Origin: the human T2T-CHM13v2.0 reference genome, Homo sapiens
DNA length: 64,000 nt
Direction: 5' to 3' (one strand)
NCBI RefSeq assembly: GCF_009914755.1
Contig: NC_060925.1
A program made the translations under genes and the position numbers. Each line of letters begins with the position of its first letter. The first letter of the stretch is position 1. A model generated the notes under the pieces. It worked only from the letters and a program-made list of their open reading frames with translations, did no database searches and was not told the DNA's origin. Shown one piece after another: positions 1-15,954 of this stretch.

Positions 1-517
1 ATACTGTAGAGGCTTTAAAAAGCTATAGCGAAAAACCTATAGAAGACTTAATCAGCTATCTTAGGGAAAATTTTTTAAGAAGACTGTTCAACTGGAATCT
101 GGAAACCTCTGATTCCAGTTGAAAAAGACTGTTCAACTGGAATCTGAAACTATTATTATTTCATAATCATAGTGGTTTTGGAATAATACATTATTTTAGT
201 GATAATAAACTGATAAATGCCAGACAGATTGGAAAGAAAAGAGCATATAAGCAGGAAGACCAGTTTGGAAACCAATCCAAGAGGCAAATCATTTATTATT
301 ATTTAATTCCTTTATTTAATTAACAGTTACTGAATGTCTTCTACATGACAGTTACTATAGAAACAAGTTCCTGTAACTTAAAAATCTACTGGAGAAGATA
401 AAAATCAAATCAGATTAAAATCCTAACTGTAAGCAGTACTATTTATGTGCTATGAAAACCTAAAATAAGGGGATCTAAATACTTGGGGAGGTAACTTCCT
501 TTAAGAATGACAATATG

Positions 518-1040
<523 letters not shown>

Positions 1041-1199
1041 AGAAGACACATGAACTGAGATGTGAAGGGAGAGAGAGTTATCTAGATAAAGAGAAGAAAG
1101 AAGACCATTTTGTGTAAAGGGCACAACATGTGCAATAGCCTGAAACCAAAAGGACTGGTGATAAGCAGGAAAGACTGAAAAGGTCAGTGTGGTACTCAG

Positions 1200-1920
<721 letters not shown>

Positions 1921-2458
1921 TCAGTGTGCCTAGGTAGTGAATTGAGAATAGACCACACAGAGAGACTAGAGAGGAAAGAGGCCTAAGATCACGCAAGCCT
2001 TACGGGATACTCCGAGGAGCATAGTCTTCATCCTGAGACGACGTAAGACACTGTGTTCAGCAGGTGGGGTCACCTGTTGAAATTCTCACCATGGAAACCC
2101 TGCCTGGGCTTCAGGGTGGAAAGCAGATGGAAACAGAGCCAAGAGTGGATGTAGGCAGCCCAGTGAGGGAACCACTGCAAGGATGACAGTAGCGTCGACT
2201 GAGATACAATGGCAGGGACAGAAGAGAGAGAACTCAGAAATATTCAGGCAGAAAGATCAGGACCTGGTCACGAATCAGACACAGAGCATGGAAAGTGTCA
2301 AGGTTTCTGGTTTGTGCAACTGTATAGATGGTGGTGGTATTCACTAGAGTAGGAAGCAGATCAAGTTTGAGGGGAAAAATAAGGCACTCAGTGTTACACA
2401 TCTACGTTTTAGGTTATTTAGTCTAAGGGAAAATCATCTACAAGGAAAACGTCTACAG

Positions 2459-2660
2459 CAAGGGTCAGAAAACTTGTTCTGTAAAGGGCCAAGCAATACA
2501 CAAAAACATGGCTTTGTGGGCCACGCAGTCTCTGCTGCAACTGTTCAACTCTGCCACGTTAGCACAAACACAGCCACAGACAATATGAAAATGCATGGAC
2601 ATGGCTGTGTTCCAATATAACTCTGCCAGCCCAAATTTGGCTGTAGCTTGCCAACTCCTG
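2459..2660 (+). mobile_element. MER58A-like hAT-Charlie DNA transposon
   Basis: caagggtcagaaaact...tgtaaagggcc...gccacagacaatatg...ttgccaactcctg, flanked by gtctacag / atctagag 8-mers. Confidence 0.75.
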
Positions 2661-3048
2661 ATCTAGAGTCAGGGGAAGATGTGTGGCATACAAATACTAA
2701 TGAGTAAGTCATTCACATTAGGTAATATGTGAATCCACAACACAGATAAGACTGACTATAAAAATAAGAAATTAATAATAATAAAAAAAGCCTAGCTCTA
2801 GAGAAGCACCACCATTTAAGAGGTAGGCAGGGAAAGAAAAGCCTGGAAAGGACACAGAAAAGAGGGCAGGAGGAACCAGAGAAGTGTGTGTCACTAGAAG
2901 CAAGAATAAGAAAATGGTCAGCAGCATGCATGTGGCTGACAGAAGAAGACAAAGGCTGACCACTGACTCGTCAGTCAGTCACTCTTGACTCCTGCAACAG
3001 TGTCTTCTGAGAAGTAACTGAACTGGAAGCTGGTCTACCATGGATTCA

Positions 3049-3395
<347 letters not shown>

Positions 3396-3832
3396 CTAAA
3401 CCTCTGGAACACAGGCACCTCTTTCAGGAAGTCTGATGATGAAATAGTAGAGAGCCAGGGTGATTATAGGAGAGGGACGAGAAAACATCCAGTGTAAATA
3501 TCCACAGAAAATGGATGCAACTCGAGCCTGTTGAAAAGCCAATGGGACCATTTGGCTAAGGAGAGACTGAGGATAGAAGACAGGCTGATAGCAACAAATG
3601 CCTGAGAAGACAGGAGGGAAGAGGGCCAAAGACTCAGTGGAAGAATTACTCTGGCACTGGAGAAGATTCTACTCCTTTATGGTAAAAGGAAGAAATCTCA
3701 GATGGATACTGACATAGGCAGATTTGTCTGATTGCTCTAGAGAAGATTTAGGTATTCCTAGGTGGCAACTGTTATTTTCTCTAAAAAAATAAAGGTTAAG
3801 GTAATTTGCTTTGAATAAAGGAGGAAAAGGGT

Positions 3833-4370
3833 GTAGTGGACAACTGCCCCTTTCTTTGATATCTATCCTGAATCCCCTTCCAAGTTTAGGGAATTCTTCC
3901 ATCTTATGAGTGTTGGGGGACACTGAAAAATGCCAGGTATTCATCTTCCCAGCCTCCTTGCCACTAACAAGAAGGCACCTGACCCGGTTCCAAAGACTCC
4001 ATTTCTGATTCCTAAATTGAGAACTTACAACTTAGAGAAGCAGAGCTCACAGAAAACCCTCCTCCACTGCAGGCAGCAGAGACAGTAGGTATACAGCTGG
4101 CTATAGCAAAGCCCTGCTGAAGGCACCGTGTGTCCAGTGGGGTAATGTCCCCAGTGAACTAGCTCTCTCTGGCCTGCCTGTGGTTGCATTTCTGGAAGCC
4201 ACTGAGCCTCCCCTGTTCCTGCCAATTTTCCAGTTCTGATTCTGTAGCTTTCCCGGTGTTCTGTAAGCTACCTACTACTCCCCTCTTCCCCACTACCTTT
4301 TTTGAATCCCATTTTGATTCCATCAGCAAAAGCTTCCTTTGCCTACATCAAAAACTCTGTCTGATGTCCA
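3833..4370 (+). mobile_element. Old MLT1-like LTR
   Basis: Begins tgtagtgga; contains atcttcccagcctccttgc. Heavily diverged. Confidence 0.45.
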
Positions 4371-4686
4371 CAGGTAAAATCAGATTCGAAGAGAATATAC
4401 AAGGTCTAATGACGAGTGAGAGGCTGAGCTAAGCAAATAAAAGTAACAACTGGCACTACTGTGGATGGGAGCACCAGGAAGTTTTGGGGGTACACCAGAA
4501 CCAACCTGCCCTTTGTGAGAATTCCTGGGGCAGTGCTAACCCATTTGAGAGGTGACATAAACAAACTACATTAATAAAGCTATGGATCTAAAAGGCAACT
4601 CAAGGAAAAATAACAGAATCTGTTTCTTCATTATAGGAACACGAAGATGAAAAAGAAGAGCCAGAGGAGCCTGGAAAGAGATGAAA

Positions 4687-4973
4687 ATTTTTGAGACGGA
4701 GTCTCACTTTGATGCCATCTGGAGTGCAGTGGCGTGATCCTGGCTCATTGCAACCTCCACCTCCCTGGGTTCAAGCTATTCTCCTGCCTCAGCCTCCCAA
4801 GTAGCTGGGACCACAGGTGTGCACCACCCCACCTGGCTAATTTCTGTATTTTTAGTAGAGACGGGGTTTCACCATGTTGGCCAGGCTGGTCTCAAACTCC
4901 TGACCTCAAGTAATTCTCCCGCCTCAGCCTCTAAAACTGTTGGGATTATAGGCATGAGCCGCCACTCCTGGCC
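4687..4973 (-). mobile_element. Alu
   Basis: Reverse-complement Alu consensus. Confidence 0.93.
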
Positions 4974-6460
4974 AAAGCATTGTCATTTCTTAGTGGTGTG
5001 ACGACTCACTTAATCGTTGTTTTCTTCATAAGGGTAAAAACTCCAACCTGTCTTTGAGGATTATGGTGAGGCTGCTGTTTCTGCTGCTTATGGTGACACC
5101 CAGGTTTTAAGCTAGGAGACTGGGAGAATGAAAGACATCAGAAAGGGGAGCCAATTTCAGGGCCAGATGCTGTTACCAGTTTAGTTTAACACAGGGTGAA
5201 GTTTGAAGTGATTATGGAAAGGCCCTGCAGGTGGCTGGAGAAGCAGGGACCGGCCGAGATGGGCTTTACTATGCTAAGGAAGTGCAGAAAGAGAAGCAGA
5301 CAGGCTAACCAGCGACTCTTCAGATAAAACCAAGCATAAGGGTTGGGAGAGGGAAGCAAGTATGTGAAGGAAATAGAGAAGTTATCAGCACAATAGGAAG
5401 GGAATTATGAAGTTGACTGCAGTGTGAGGATCAGCTGTGGAGAAAGCCACTACCAATGCGAAGGCGTGAAATTAAAGTGGGGAGCATGGAGGAAAAGAGA
5501 AAGGCTGTCTGCAGCTCAGATAAAATCCTTGATGTATCACTGTTGAAAATGGAGTGGACCTCAGTGATTTGAGGAAGGCAAAGATCACACATTGAAGTTT
5601 AACAGTAAAGAAAGGAAGACACTGGATGATAGCTGGGTGGAGGAAAAGTCAACAGAACAAGCGTGAAGAATTCAGTGAGGTCCCAAAGGAGACACAAACA
5701 GGTCACAGGGGATAGATGTGAAAAAAAAGAATAAGGATATCTTTCCTGAAATAGGAAGAAATGGAGAAAGAGATATTTTGAGGAATGCACCTCCATTTTC
5801 ACACAAAGAAGAAGACAAGATCATCTATTATGAAAGGGAAAGGTGCATTTGGAAACCAAAAGAAAGCATTCAAGATATAGAACTGATTCTTGGAAACAAT
5901 TTGCTCTTTGTCAGGAAGCCAGCAATGATAAACTCTATCACTAATTTTAGTATCAATTCCTTAAAAATGATTTTCAATATATGAGAAAAGTTGGAAAGCG
6001 ATTAGGGGAGTGTGTGAGGGTACAGATGAAACAAGAAAGGAAATGAACTGATATTACTTCTATTCTTTCTACGTTATGTTTGAAATCTCCCAAAACCTTT
6101 TTTTCAATTTTAAGGAACGCAATTAATTCCTCATCGTTCATATTTCTAAGATCAAACAAAGACATTGCTTGGTAAATAAGAATACGGAATGCACCTATTT
6201 CCCTTACTTCTTAATGACAAATGCCTTTTCCATCTTTATTTTGTTGAATAGAACAGCTCTCAAAAACTATGAAATATTCAAAATGAATGCCAGGGATTTC
6301 TGTCTTCTGAATTAATTCAGATCTTGCAAAACATAACTTATGATGTCAATACAATAGGGCAACTGAGAGTCAAAAACAACTATTTAAGTGAAACAAATCT
6401 CCCAGCATTGTCAAAATCATGTCTTAGTTTAAAAATATATAAAAAATATTCTTTACTTAC

Positions 6461-6610
6461 ATAAGAAAAACAATCCCAGAACTTTGGAAGAAATTGAGGG
6501 AATTTATGAAGAATCAATATAATAATCCATTCTATAAAATATTTTATGGATGCTTGATTGTTGGTGAAACCAGCCTGGAAAATCCTGTCAATAATTCCAT
6601 TCAAGAAATT
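6461..6610 (-). CDS. TARBP1: TARBP1 exon 22 (150 nt; [15 protein letters not shown]...FWDCFSY)
   Basis: Acceptor tttctcag|AA, donor TAT|gtaagt; overlaps ORF 6380..6652. Confidence 0.95.
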
Positions 6611-7267
6611 CTGAGAAAAAAAGTTCACAATTAACCAGTTACAGTTATTCATTTTAATTTAAAAATAGTCTCCATTTAAAATAAAATAGCTTAAAGTTTT
6701 TATCATAAGTAATTTATTGGATCTACAACTCTCCGAGCAAAGACTCTAAAAACTACTGATTAAAATATAATGATGAAGTACCTTCATTCAGTACTTTATA
6801 ATTTACCTGGACATCAGTTCTATCTATAAGGAAGGTTATCCATCACCTGTATTTTTACAGGGAAAGGAAAAGACTCAGAAAAGCTGAATAACCCTCCCAA
6901 AGTCACATACCTAGTAAGTGGAAGAATTCAGGTTCAAATCAAGATCTGCCAAGATGCCAGGGCTTAAACCTTGTAACAAGGGATGGTACAGAGACTGAAG
7001 TCAGCAGGTGGGAAACAGCATCCCAGAGGGGCAGGTCTTGGGCCACTGAGCCCTCTGTTCAGGCTCGTCGTCCTCCTGCCCTCATGGTCTGTGTTGCCCC
7101 ACAACTACCGCACTGTTCTCTGGCTAAGACCTTGAGCTCCAAAATCATCTTTCCCTCTTCCAACCTCTCCTCTTCAAAACTGTATTTCTATCGGGGGACG
7201 GAACCTATCTAAGCAGCAGGTGAAAAACAATATCTACTTATATAAGCATATAAAAGTAATATGTATT

Positions 7268-7588
7268 GGCCGGGCACAGTGGCTCATGCCTGTAATCCCA
7301 GCACTTTGGGAGGCCGAGGCGGGCGGATCACAAGGTCAGAAGATCGAGACCATCCTGGCTAACACGGTGAAACCCCGTCTCTACTAAAAATACAAAAAAT
7401 TAGCCGGGTGAGGTGGTGGGCGCCTGTAGTCCCAGCTACGCGGGAGGCTGAGGCAGGAGAATGGCGTGAACCCTGGGGGGCGGAGCCTGCAGTGAGCCGA
7501 GATCGTGCCACTGCACTCCAGCCTGGGTGAAAGAGCAAGACTCCGTCTCAAAAAAAATAAAAATAAAAATAAAATAAAATAAAATAAA
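7268..7588 (+). mobile_element. AluY (Ye-like) with (TAAAA)n tail and TSD aaaagtaatatgtatt
   Basis: AluY motif gagaccatcctggctaacacgg; variant gggggcggagcctgcag; duplicated target at about 7252 and 7586. Confidence 0.9.
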
Positions 7589-9078
7589 AGTAATATGTAT
7601 TATGTACGTCTTTATTTTAAAGAAGAAAAATCTATCTTACACGAATTTCTACTTAGTAGAAAAAGAGCAGAAGGGCTCATTTTAAGCCCTGAGATAGTGT
7701 CATAAAGTGGAGCATACATTTTGTAGTTAGGCTTGATTTTGAATTCCACCTCTATCATTCACCACTAGCTGTGTAACCTCTCGGGAAGGACACCTAACCT
7801 CTCTCAACTGCAGTGCTCTTAGAGGCAAAATGAGAATATGTATGGCCTACCTTGGAAGACTATCATGAAGGTTAAACAAAACCATAAGATATAACAGTTT
7901 ACAACTCTGAGCTCCATAACAGACTGCTAGCTTTCCTTTTTCTTGCAGGTGTGCCCGCTCGGACATTTCCCCACCCTCTCCAACATTACCCTTCTCTCTA
8001 GGAGACCCTCTCCATTCTAAGAAAAAAATGCTCTCGGTAATCTAGTTGAGCATTTCTAAAATGTTTCCTTTTTTAATGCATCCTTATGTTTAATGACATA
8101 CTTTAAATCAAATAATACTAAAAGACCTATGATGAAAAATAGCAACCTCCCCCACCCCCCACATCCATCAAAACTACTCCCCAGAAGCAATTCTTTTAGC
8201 TATTTCCTCTTAAATTATTCCAAATTGTTTTATTTGAATATACTTATATACTTACACTGTTACTATTTCTCTCTCACAGATATAAGACTTCATAAGATTG
8301 TAAAGAAAGAGGCTAGTATATATATTTGTAATTCTCTCACACATTTAAAAGAAGGTAGGGAGGACAGTAGGAAATTTTCATGTCTGAAAGATGTTTTTTG
8401 CATTGAAAAATGTTTTTAAAAATTGCATGAGTTATATACCATCACTTTCTCATAATGATGATCTATTTTCTCAACAGGAATATTAGGCAAAGATGGTTAG
8501 AAAAATCAGATCGTCCATTCAACTGTTTCTTGCCTCCTCAGGGAAGAAAAGGTAACTTTGGATAAAGATACTTTGTTGTAAGATACCTGGCCTTTCCTTA
8601 GCTGGTTTGTATGGTCACACTATTCATGAAGTTAAGGGCAAGGAAATCCACCATGTGAAACAATATTCCCATCCCAAATGATACAATTTGCCTGGTTTCT
8701 ACAGTACAGATAATCCAAAACAGTGTAACACTCCAAAATAACGTAGCTACAGAAAATTAGGAGTTAAGTATTTGCATTTTCTAATCAAATGGCAAATCAG
8801 ACTTTAAACAGTTAAAATGTCACATTAAAACACCGAAGGGAAAAAAATATTAAATGGGGCCATGTAAACCCACTTCTAACTTATTTCTACAATACCTAAT
8901 TGCCTTGGTATTCTCTCTGTTAATAAAAACTTTTGAATAACTTCAATTTTAAGAACTGCAGAATAAATTTTAAACATTATCTTTTTCAATTTTAAAATAG
9001 TATATGATAGTTTCTGCAAAATAGTTCAGTCATGAAATCATATGCTTCAAAGGTACAAATATAATAAAAATATGATAC

Positions 9079-9189
9079 CTGGTCAAGTCTAGGGAAAAGT
9101 ACCAGCAGAGTCTGCCACACTCGGTTTTTCACTCTGTGCTGTAGAGAATTCACATAGTAGCGTTTTTTGGACTTGGACACTAATTCATC
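9079..9189 (-). CDS. TARBP1: TARBP1 exon 21 (111 nt; [37 protein letters not shown])
   Basis: Acceptor ctttccag|GA, donor CAG|gtatca. Confidence 0.95.
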
Positions 9190-9439
9190 CTGGAAAGGAG
9201 AAGGGAGGGAGTCAACATTAAATTATCTATTGAATTTGTGATTAATGAAAAAATCAATGACAACTTGAAATGTAAGTGGCTTAAATTAGGCACAGGGGCT
9301 TTTTCTTCCCCCAAAAAGCAGTTAGGAGGATGAGAAAAAGAATGGCACCTTAAAATATTTCAAACATTGACATTTTGGGCTGAGTGATTAAGAAAAATAA
9401 AAAAATTTTTAAATAAAACACTTCAAACACTGAACTTAG

Positions 9440-9832
<393 letters not shown>

Positions 9833-10758
9833 TGAGATACTGGACATATATTGCCACATACTACCATGTACCTCACAGGCACTTCTCACCTTGTGCCCCC
9901 CCGTGTCATATTCACATTTGGAATACTGGTATCTACAATCTGATGCAAACACCACTAAGAAGCCACCCCAGTACATGGACAGTGCAAGGCATCTCTACGC
10001 ATGACGTGTCTCTCGACACAAGAAAATGGCAGCACTGAGCCTTTCCTAGTAACAGATAGCTCTCTCTGGCTTTTCATGGCTTGTGCCGCCTAAATTCAGC
10101 CAGCTGCAAGGTTTGCTTTTATCACCATAACTATTAGTGCTTTGGCCATAAAGCAAGATGGCACTGAAGAGTATGTCAACATTCTCAAATGTCTTAAAGG
10201 TGAAAAGTCATTCACCACCTCCAAAACCATTTTCACATAGTGTAGATGATCCTCATCTACTTCATAACTTCTCTGACCTTTCTTCTTCCATAATCTCGTT
10301 CTCTGCATTTTAGTGTATATAAAGTTTCATGACAATAGCTAAATTAATATAGATTTTAATGACTCCAGTGATGTTTAAAATCTCATAATCTCTATATAAT
10401 TTCTGTTAAGAATTTTCTTCTGATATAGGTGTGTTTAGGTTTCACATACTGCTCAACCTCAATGCAATTAAAAATGGAATCAGTAGGGTGGATCATTCAC
10501 GCATTCAGAAGAAGCATCTTCATGTCAAGAAAGCTGCCCTTAGGACCTCACCAAGTCACCACCCTCAACTGGAAGTTGAGAATTCTAAAATTCCCTTTCA
10601 GCTCAAAATCTTCTTCTGTCTTTCTACTTGTTCCACTCAGTGTGCTCCTTTACTCAGAATATCTTTTCTCTACTAGTCTGTTTAACTCATGGCCAGGTAC
10701 TACTGAAGAAAATAAAAATCACCAGCCACAACTGACTTCATTAAAAATATGTATTCCA

Positions 10759-11270
10759 CACAATGGAGTACTATTTGGCCATAAAAAAGAATGAGATCCT
10801 CTCATCTGCAACAACATGGATGGAACTGGAGGTCATTATGTTCAGTGAAATAAGCCAGGCACAAAAAGACAAACTTCTCATGTTTTCACTTATTTGTGGG
10901 AGCTAAAAAATAAAACAATTGAACTCATGGAGATAGAAAATAGAATGATGGTTGCCACAGAGGCTGGGAGGGGTAGTGGTGGTAGGGGGAGGGTGTGGGG
11001 ATGGCTAATGAGTATAAAAATATACTTAGAATGAATAAGATCTAGTATTTCATAGTATAACAAGGTGGCTACAGTCTACAGTAAGTTATTGTACATTTTA
11101 AAATAACTAACAGTATAACTGGATTGTTTGTAACATAAAGCATAAATGCTTGAGGTGACAGATATCTCATTTACCTGATGTAATTATTACACATTGTATG
11201 CCTATATCAAAATATCTCATACACCCCATAAATATATACACCTACTATAGACCCACAAAAATTAAACATT
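10759..11270 (+). mobile_element. 5'-truncated L1MA-type 3' end with target-site duplication ttaaaaatatgtattcca
   Basis: L1 3'UTR motifs (caacatggatggaactggagg, tagacccacaaaaattaaa). TSD copies at 10741-10758 and 11270-11287. Confidence 0.85.
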
Positions 11271-11317
11271 TAAAAATATGTATTCCAGCTGTATCTGGGC
11301 CTTCATTATTGCTAGAC

Positions 11318-11499
11318 CAATAGTTCTTAAACTGTATCAGCTCCAGAATCACAAGGGCTCATTAAAACAGAGTGCTGGGCACCACCCCCAGAGCTTCTGA
11401 TTCTGTAGACTGGGGGCAGGGCCTAGGAATATGCATTTCTAACAAGTTCCCAGGGATGCTGACGCTGCTGATCCAGAGACCACACTTTAAGAATTACTG
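11318..11499. mobile_element. MER5A hAT-Charlie MITE
   Basis: caatagttcttaaact...ttctaacaagttcccag...cactttaagaattactg with degenerate terminal inverted repeats. Confidence 0.8.
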
Positions 11500-12127
11500 C
11501 TCTAGACAAGCATTTTGCTTTTTCTAGTCCGTTTTCCAAAGCAGCTGCACTGTTCTGTATTCCCATTAGTGATGCAGGAGGGCTCCAATTTTGCTACAAC
11601 CTCACCAATGCTCATTATTTTTAGTTTGTTTTCTTGATAGCCATCCCAGTGGGTACAACTGGCTAGTATTTTGCCTATGTGATTATTGCTGGCCTCTCCC
11701 TGTCACTTTTCCCTCTCTACTGCACCACTTCCTTCAACATACAAACATGCTCCAATTATCTCCCATCTTTAAAAAGCCCCTTCTTTAACTCCAGGTTCCC
11801 CTCCAGGAACGACCCCTGTTATTCCCCCTTTTCTAGGGCAAACTCCTAAGAGACTCTATACTCACTGTCTCCACTCGCTAAACTCCCATTTTCTTCTGAA
11901 CTGTTTCTACTTAGATTCTCATCCCACCATGAAACGCCTTTGTCGAGGTGACCAAGACAGCTGAATCCAACAGCCGGCCTGCAACCTCCTCGTCCTCCAC
12001 GCAGCACTACCTTTCCTCGCTTGGTCTCCAGACAGCATCCTCTCCAGGTGTCCTCCTTAATTCATCCAGAGCTCAGCCCAAATGTCACCTGATTAGACCC
12101 TCCTGACCCCTCTCTCTTTTTTCTGAA

Positions 12128-12268
12128 TTTTTTTTTTTTTTTTTTTTAGAGACGTAGTCTCACTCACTGTGTTGCCCAGGCTGGTTTCTAACTACTGACC
12201 TCAAGCAATCCTCCTGCCTTGGCCTCCCAAAGTGCTAGGATTACAGGCGTGAGCCACCATGTCTAGCC
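12128..12268 (-). mobile_element. Alu monomer (FLAM-like)
   Basis: Single left-arm Alu with poly-T. Confidence 0.8.
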
Positions 12269-13021
12269 CTGACCCCTTATCTAAATAGCTAAATATATAT
12301 TATAACATGTATTTTTGTTCTGATAGAATACCCATACCCAGCTCCTATCACTTTAAACTCTACTCATCTTTTAGAAAACCAATAACATACTATTTCCTCT
12401 GGGACATCTTCCTTGACTCCAACACTACAGAGAGGGAATTGTTGCATAAAAAATATTTCCAAGGTTTTATATAATAAAGCTGACCTGCTACCTTCAGAAA
12501 ATAAAAGTATGATGAATACTCCTGTTTTAACAGAGGGACTTCCATGAGTTCTGTAGTCATTCATACATCCACACCAAGGTCAGAAAGCAGACCAGGCACT
12601 CCGCTGACCTCGGCTTTAAATGACAGGTAACTGTATCTGTCATTTAAACATTACATGGGGAACAGAGCACCATGCTCAACTCTACCCCTTCCTATCTAAC
12701 TTGTCTCCAGATTTATTAAACCTGTTCTTCAGACACTAGAGTGTTCATTTAGAAATGATTTAGCAGGCTCAAAAACAACCTAACTGGATTGTTTTTATCT
12801 GAATAAATAACGAATTTTCATCAGTCTTAGACAAACATCACACACCCAGATCTAGAAATAACAATATATTACAATGGAAGCAAATCCTGGGGTAATCTTT
12901 CACGGGCTCTCAAATCACAGCAATCAATTCCTAACATTTGATGCCATTTTCTCAGTTTTTACTTTTTCATTCCATTTCTTACAGAAAGCAATATATGAAT
13001 ATAGTACTCTAAACATAACTG

Positions 13022-13640
<619 letters not shown>

Positions 13641-13756
13641 ACAACCGGGTTTGACTGGCACTGGAAAATACAGAGTGAAGTACAGATGGTACACGAAAAA
13701 CATTACCATTATTGTTCTCTAAAACCAAACTTGAGTTGGACAATTACTAACCAAGA

Positions 13757-13900
13757 TTTTTTTTCTTTTTTTTCTTTTTGTAGAGACAAGGTCTCACTAT
13801 GTTGCCCCAGCTGGTCGCAAACTCCTGGCCTCAAGCAATTCTGCTGCCTCAGCCTCCCAAAGTGCTAGGATTACAGGCGTGAGCCACAGTGTGACCAGCC
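13757..13900 (-). mobile_element. Alu monomer (FLAM-like)
   Basis: Single arm flanked by ctaa(c/t)caaga repeat. Confidence 0.8.
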
Positions 13901-14051
13901 CTAATCAAGACTGAATTAAAAATACAGAACATAAACTTTGTGTTTTCTCCTGACAAAAGATATTTAGAAGTACATATTCTAGCAACATAAAGAGCAAATG
14001 TTGACCTCTGACTGTTAAAAACAAAGATAATTTAAAGTAAAATACACTTAC

Positions 14052-14172
14052 TTTATCTAATAGCTTGATTGCAAGATCCTCAATAAACAACTTGTGGGAC
14101 ATATTGGAGCCATCTAATAAACACAGGAATTTGACAGCACAAATTCTCACATAATGGTCTTCTCTCTTAGTA
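14052..14172 (-). CDS. TARBP1: TARBP1 exon 20 (121 nt; [20 protein letters not shown]...IKLLDK)
   Basis: Acceptor ttttttag|TA, donor AAA|gtaagt. Confidence 0.95.
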
Positions 14173-15695
14173 CTAAAAAAATTAAATGATAAATTATGTT
14201 AATACATTTTGAAAACAGAAAATTAACATCAAATATTAGTTTCAAATATCATTACACGATCAAAACCTCTCAAAGTTTTCTAAAATTAAGTAGGTCCATA
14301 CTTAATGACAATACTTTTTAATTTAGAATAGATAACAGAAGATAACAAATGAATATATTACAAGGAGGGTCTATACAGAAAGTATGAATGAGCACAAATT
14401 CATCCAGATTTCTGGAGAATCAATGCACACGCTGCTGAACCTAGTTCAATAATACCTTATTTGTGGACAAAACAGATCACAGCTCATGAGCCTATCCCTG
14501 AAAGAGGACCACAGATACCTCCATTCACTCAGGGGCATGATACACATCAAACACGTCAATGGCCTGTCTCTACCATGCACTATCGGTGCACATTCTCCAA
14601 CTGAGGGGCAAACTCAGGAAGCACTGTGTGCTCTCAACACCCGGCATTTTTAGTAGCCAAATGTGGAAAGATAAATTAAGTGAAATCGTCACATTCCGTT
14701 ATAATTGTTCACATTTCATTATAATTGTTATAATGTGAATAAATATTTTAATTTAACAACAAAGTAACTGCCTAGTAGAAATCAAAATCAAATTATTTGG
14801 CAACCACCAACTAGAAAAATTGACTTTTATTGCCACACTAAGCCAGCCAAGAAAAAATAACTAAAAACAATGAAAAAAATGTATATCTTTCATGAGAAGT
14901 GACAGATGATTTACAACACAGTTAGGACTTTCAGAATAATAAATACTTTATGATAACTAAATATTATAATCATTTGATGTCCTAAACTCTAAAATTAGAG
15001 TGAATGATACAATGCTATTTTAATCATCTCTATAAACACACGTACACATTTTTGAAAGCCATGTGAAAAAATAAAACTTGAAAAAAAGCTATTTGACAAG
15101 CTCCAAAAAAATTAATTCAGTGGTTAGATAAAAATAGTTTTATCGCAGAAATCAAAACTTAGGGCCTATCCCCACACTCATCAAGTTGTACACATTAACT
15201 ATGTACAGCTTTTTACATGTCAATCATTACTTCAATAAAGAGTTTTAAAAAAACCAAAAACTTCAGAGTCTGTTCCAAGAGTAATTCTATTTTTGTGTGT
15301 AACATACCAACTTGTTAAATGGTGAATTTTAATTTCATATTAAACTTTACTGCCAAAAAAAGGACTGGAGAATAAAGTGTCTGTGCTGATAATCATCCCA
15401 TCCCCGCAAAAGAAAGACAGGGGCTTTAAGCTCTCCATAGTCATTTCCTTGTTTACGCTGGAGTCGGCACTAAAAACTTTTAAAATTTTATCAAATTCTA
15501 GTGAATACTGAAAGATGTAAAGACAATGTATTAGCAAGGGACTATAATTTCTAACATACTTTTAAAGGCTCATCCCATCTTATTAATATATTAGATGTCA
15601 CTTATTAAATTTAGCAAATACAGAATGTTTGTCATATGATGTTAAATTTTTAGTATCTCATTTATGTGAAGACAGAGAAAATCTACCATACTCAC

Positions 15696-15767
15696 TTTTC
15701 CATAACAATATTTGCCGCACAGTCATGTCCAAGGTTTTCTATGAAGGTCTGTACATCCTGAACAAGT
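15696..15767 (-). CDS. TARBP1: TARBP1 exon 19 (72 nt; [24 protein letters not shown])
   Basis: Weak acceptor tttatggaaag|AC, donor AAA|gtgagt; symmetric phase 2-2. Confidence 0.93.
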
Positions 15768-15954
15768 CTTTCCATAAAAAACATTTGATAAAGAACAACA
15801 GGTTTTAAATAGAAAAAAAATTAAATCCCCAAGGTTAAAGTTAACTAATAATTTATATTCTTTTAATTGAAAGCCTCAAAACAAAGACATAATTCTATAC
15901 CCAAGTAGGCACTTAATACAAGTTATGACCAGTTGAAATAATAGCATCTTTTAC

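Noticed and set aside
10965-11000. G-quadruplex-like tract
   Set aside because: This is the standard G-rich segment of the L1 3'UTR.
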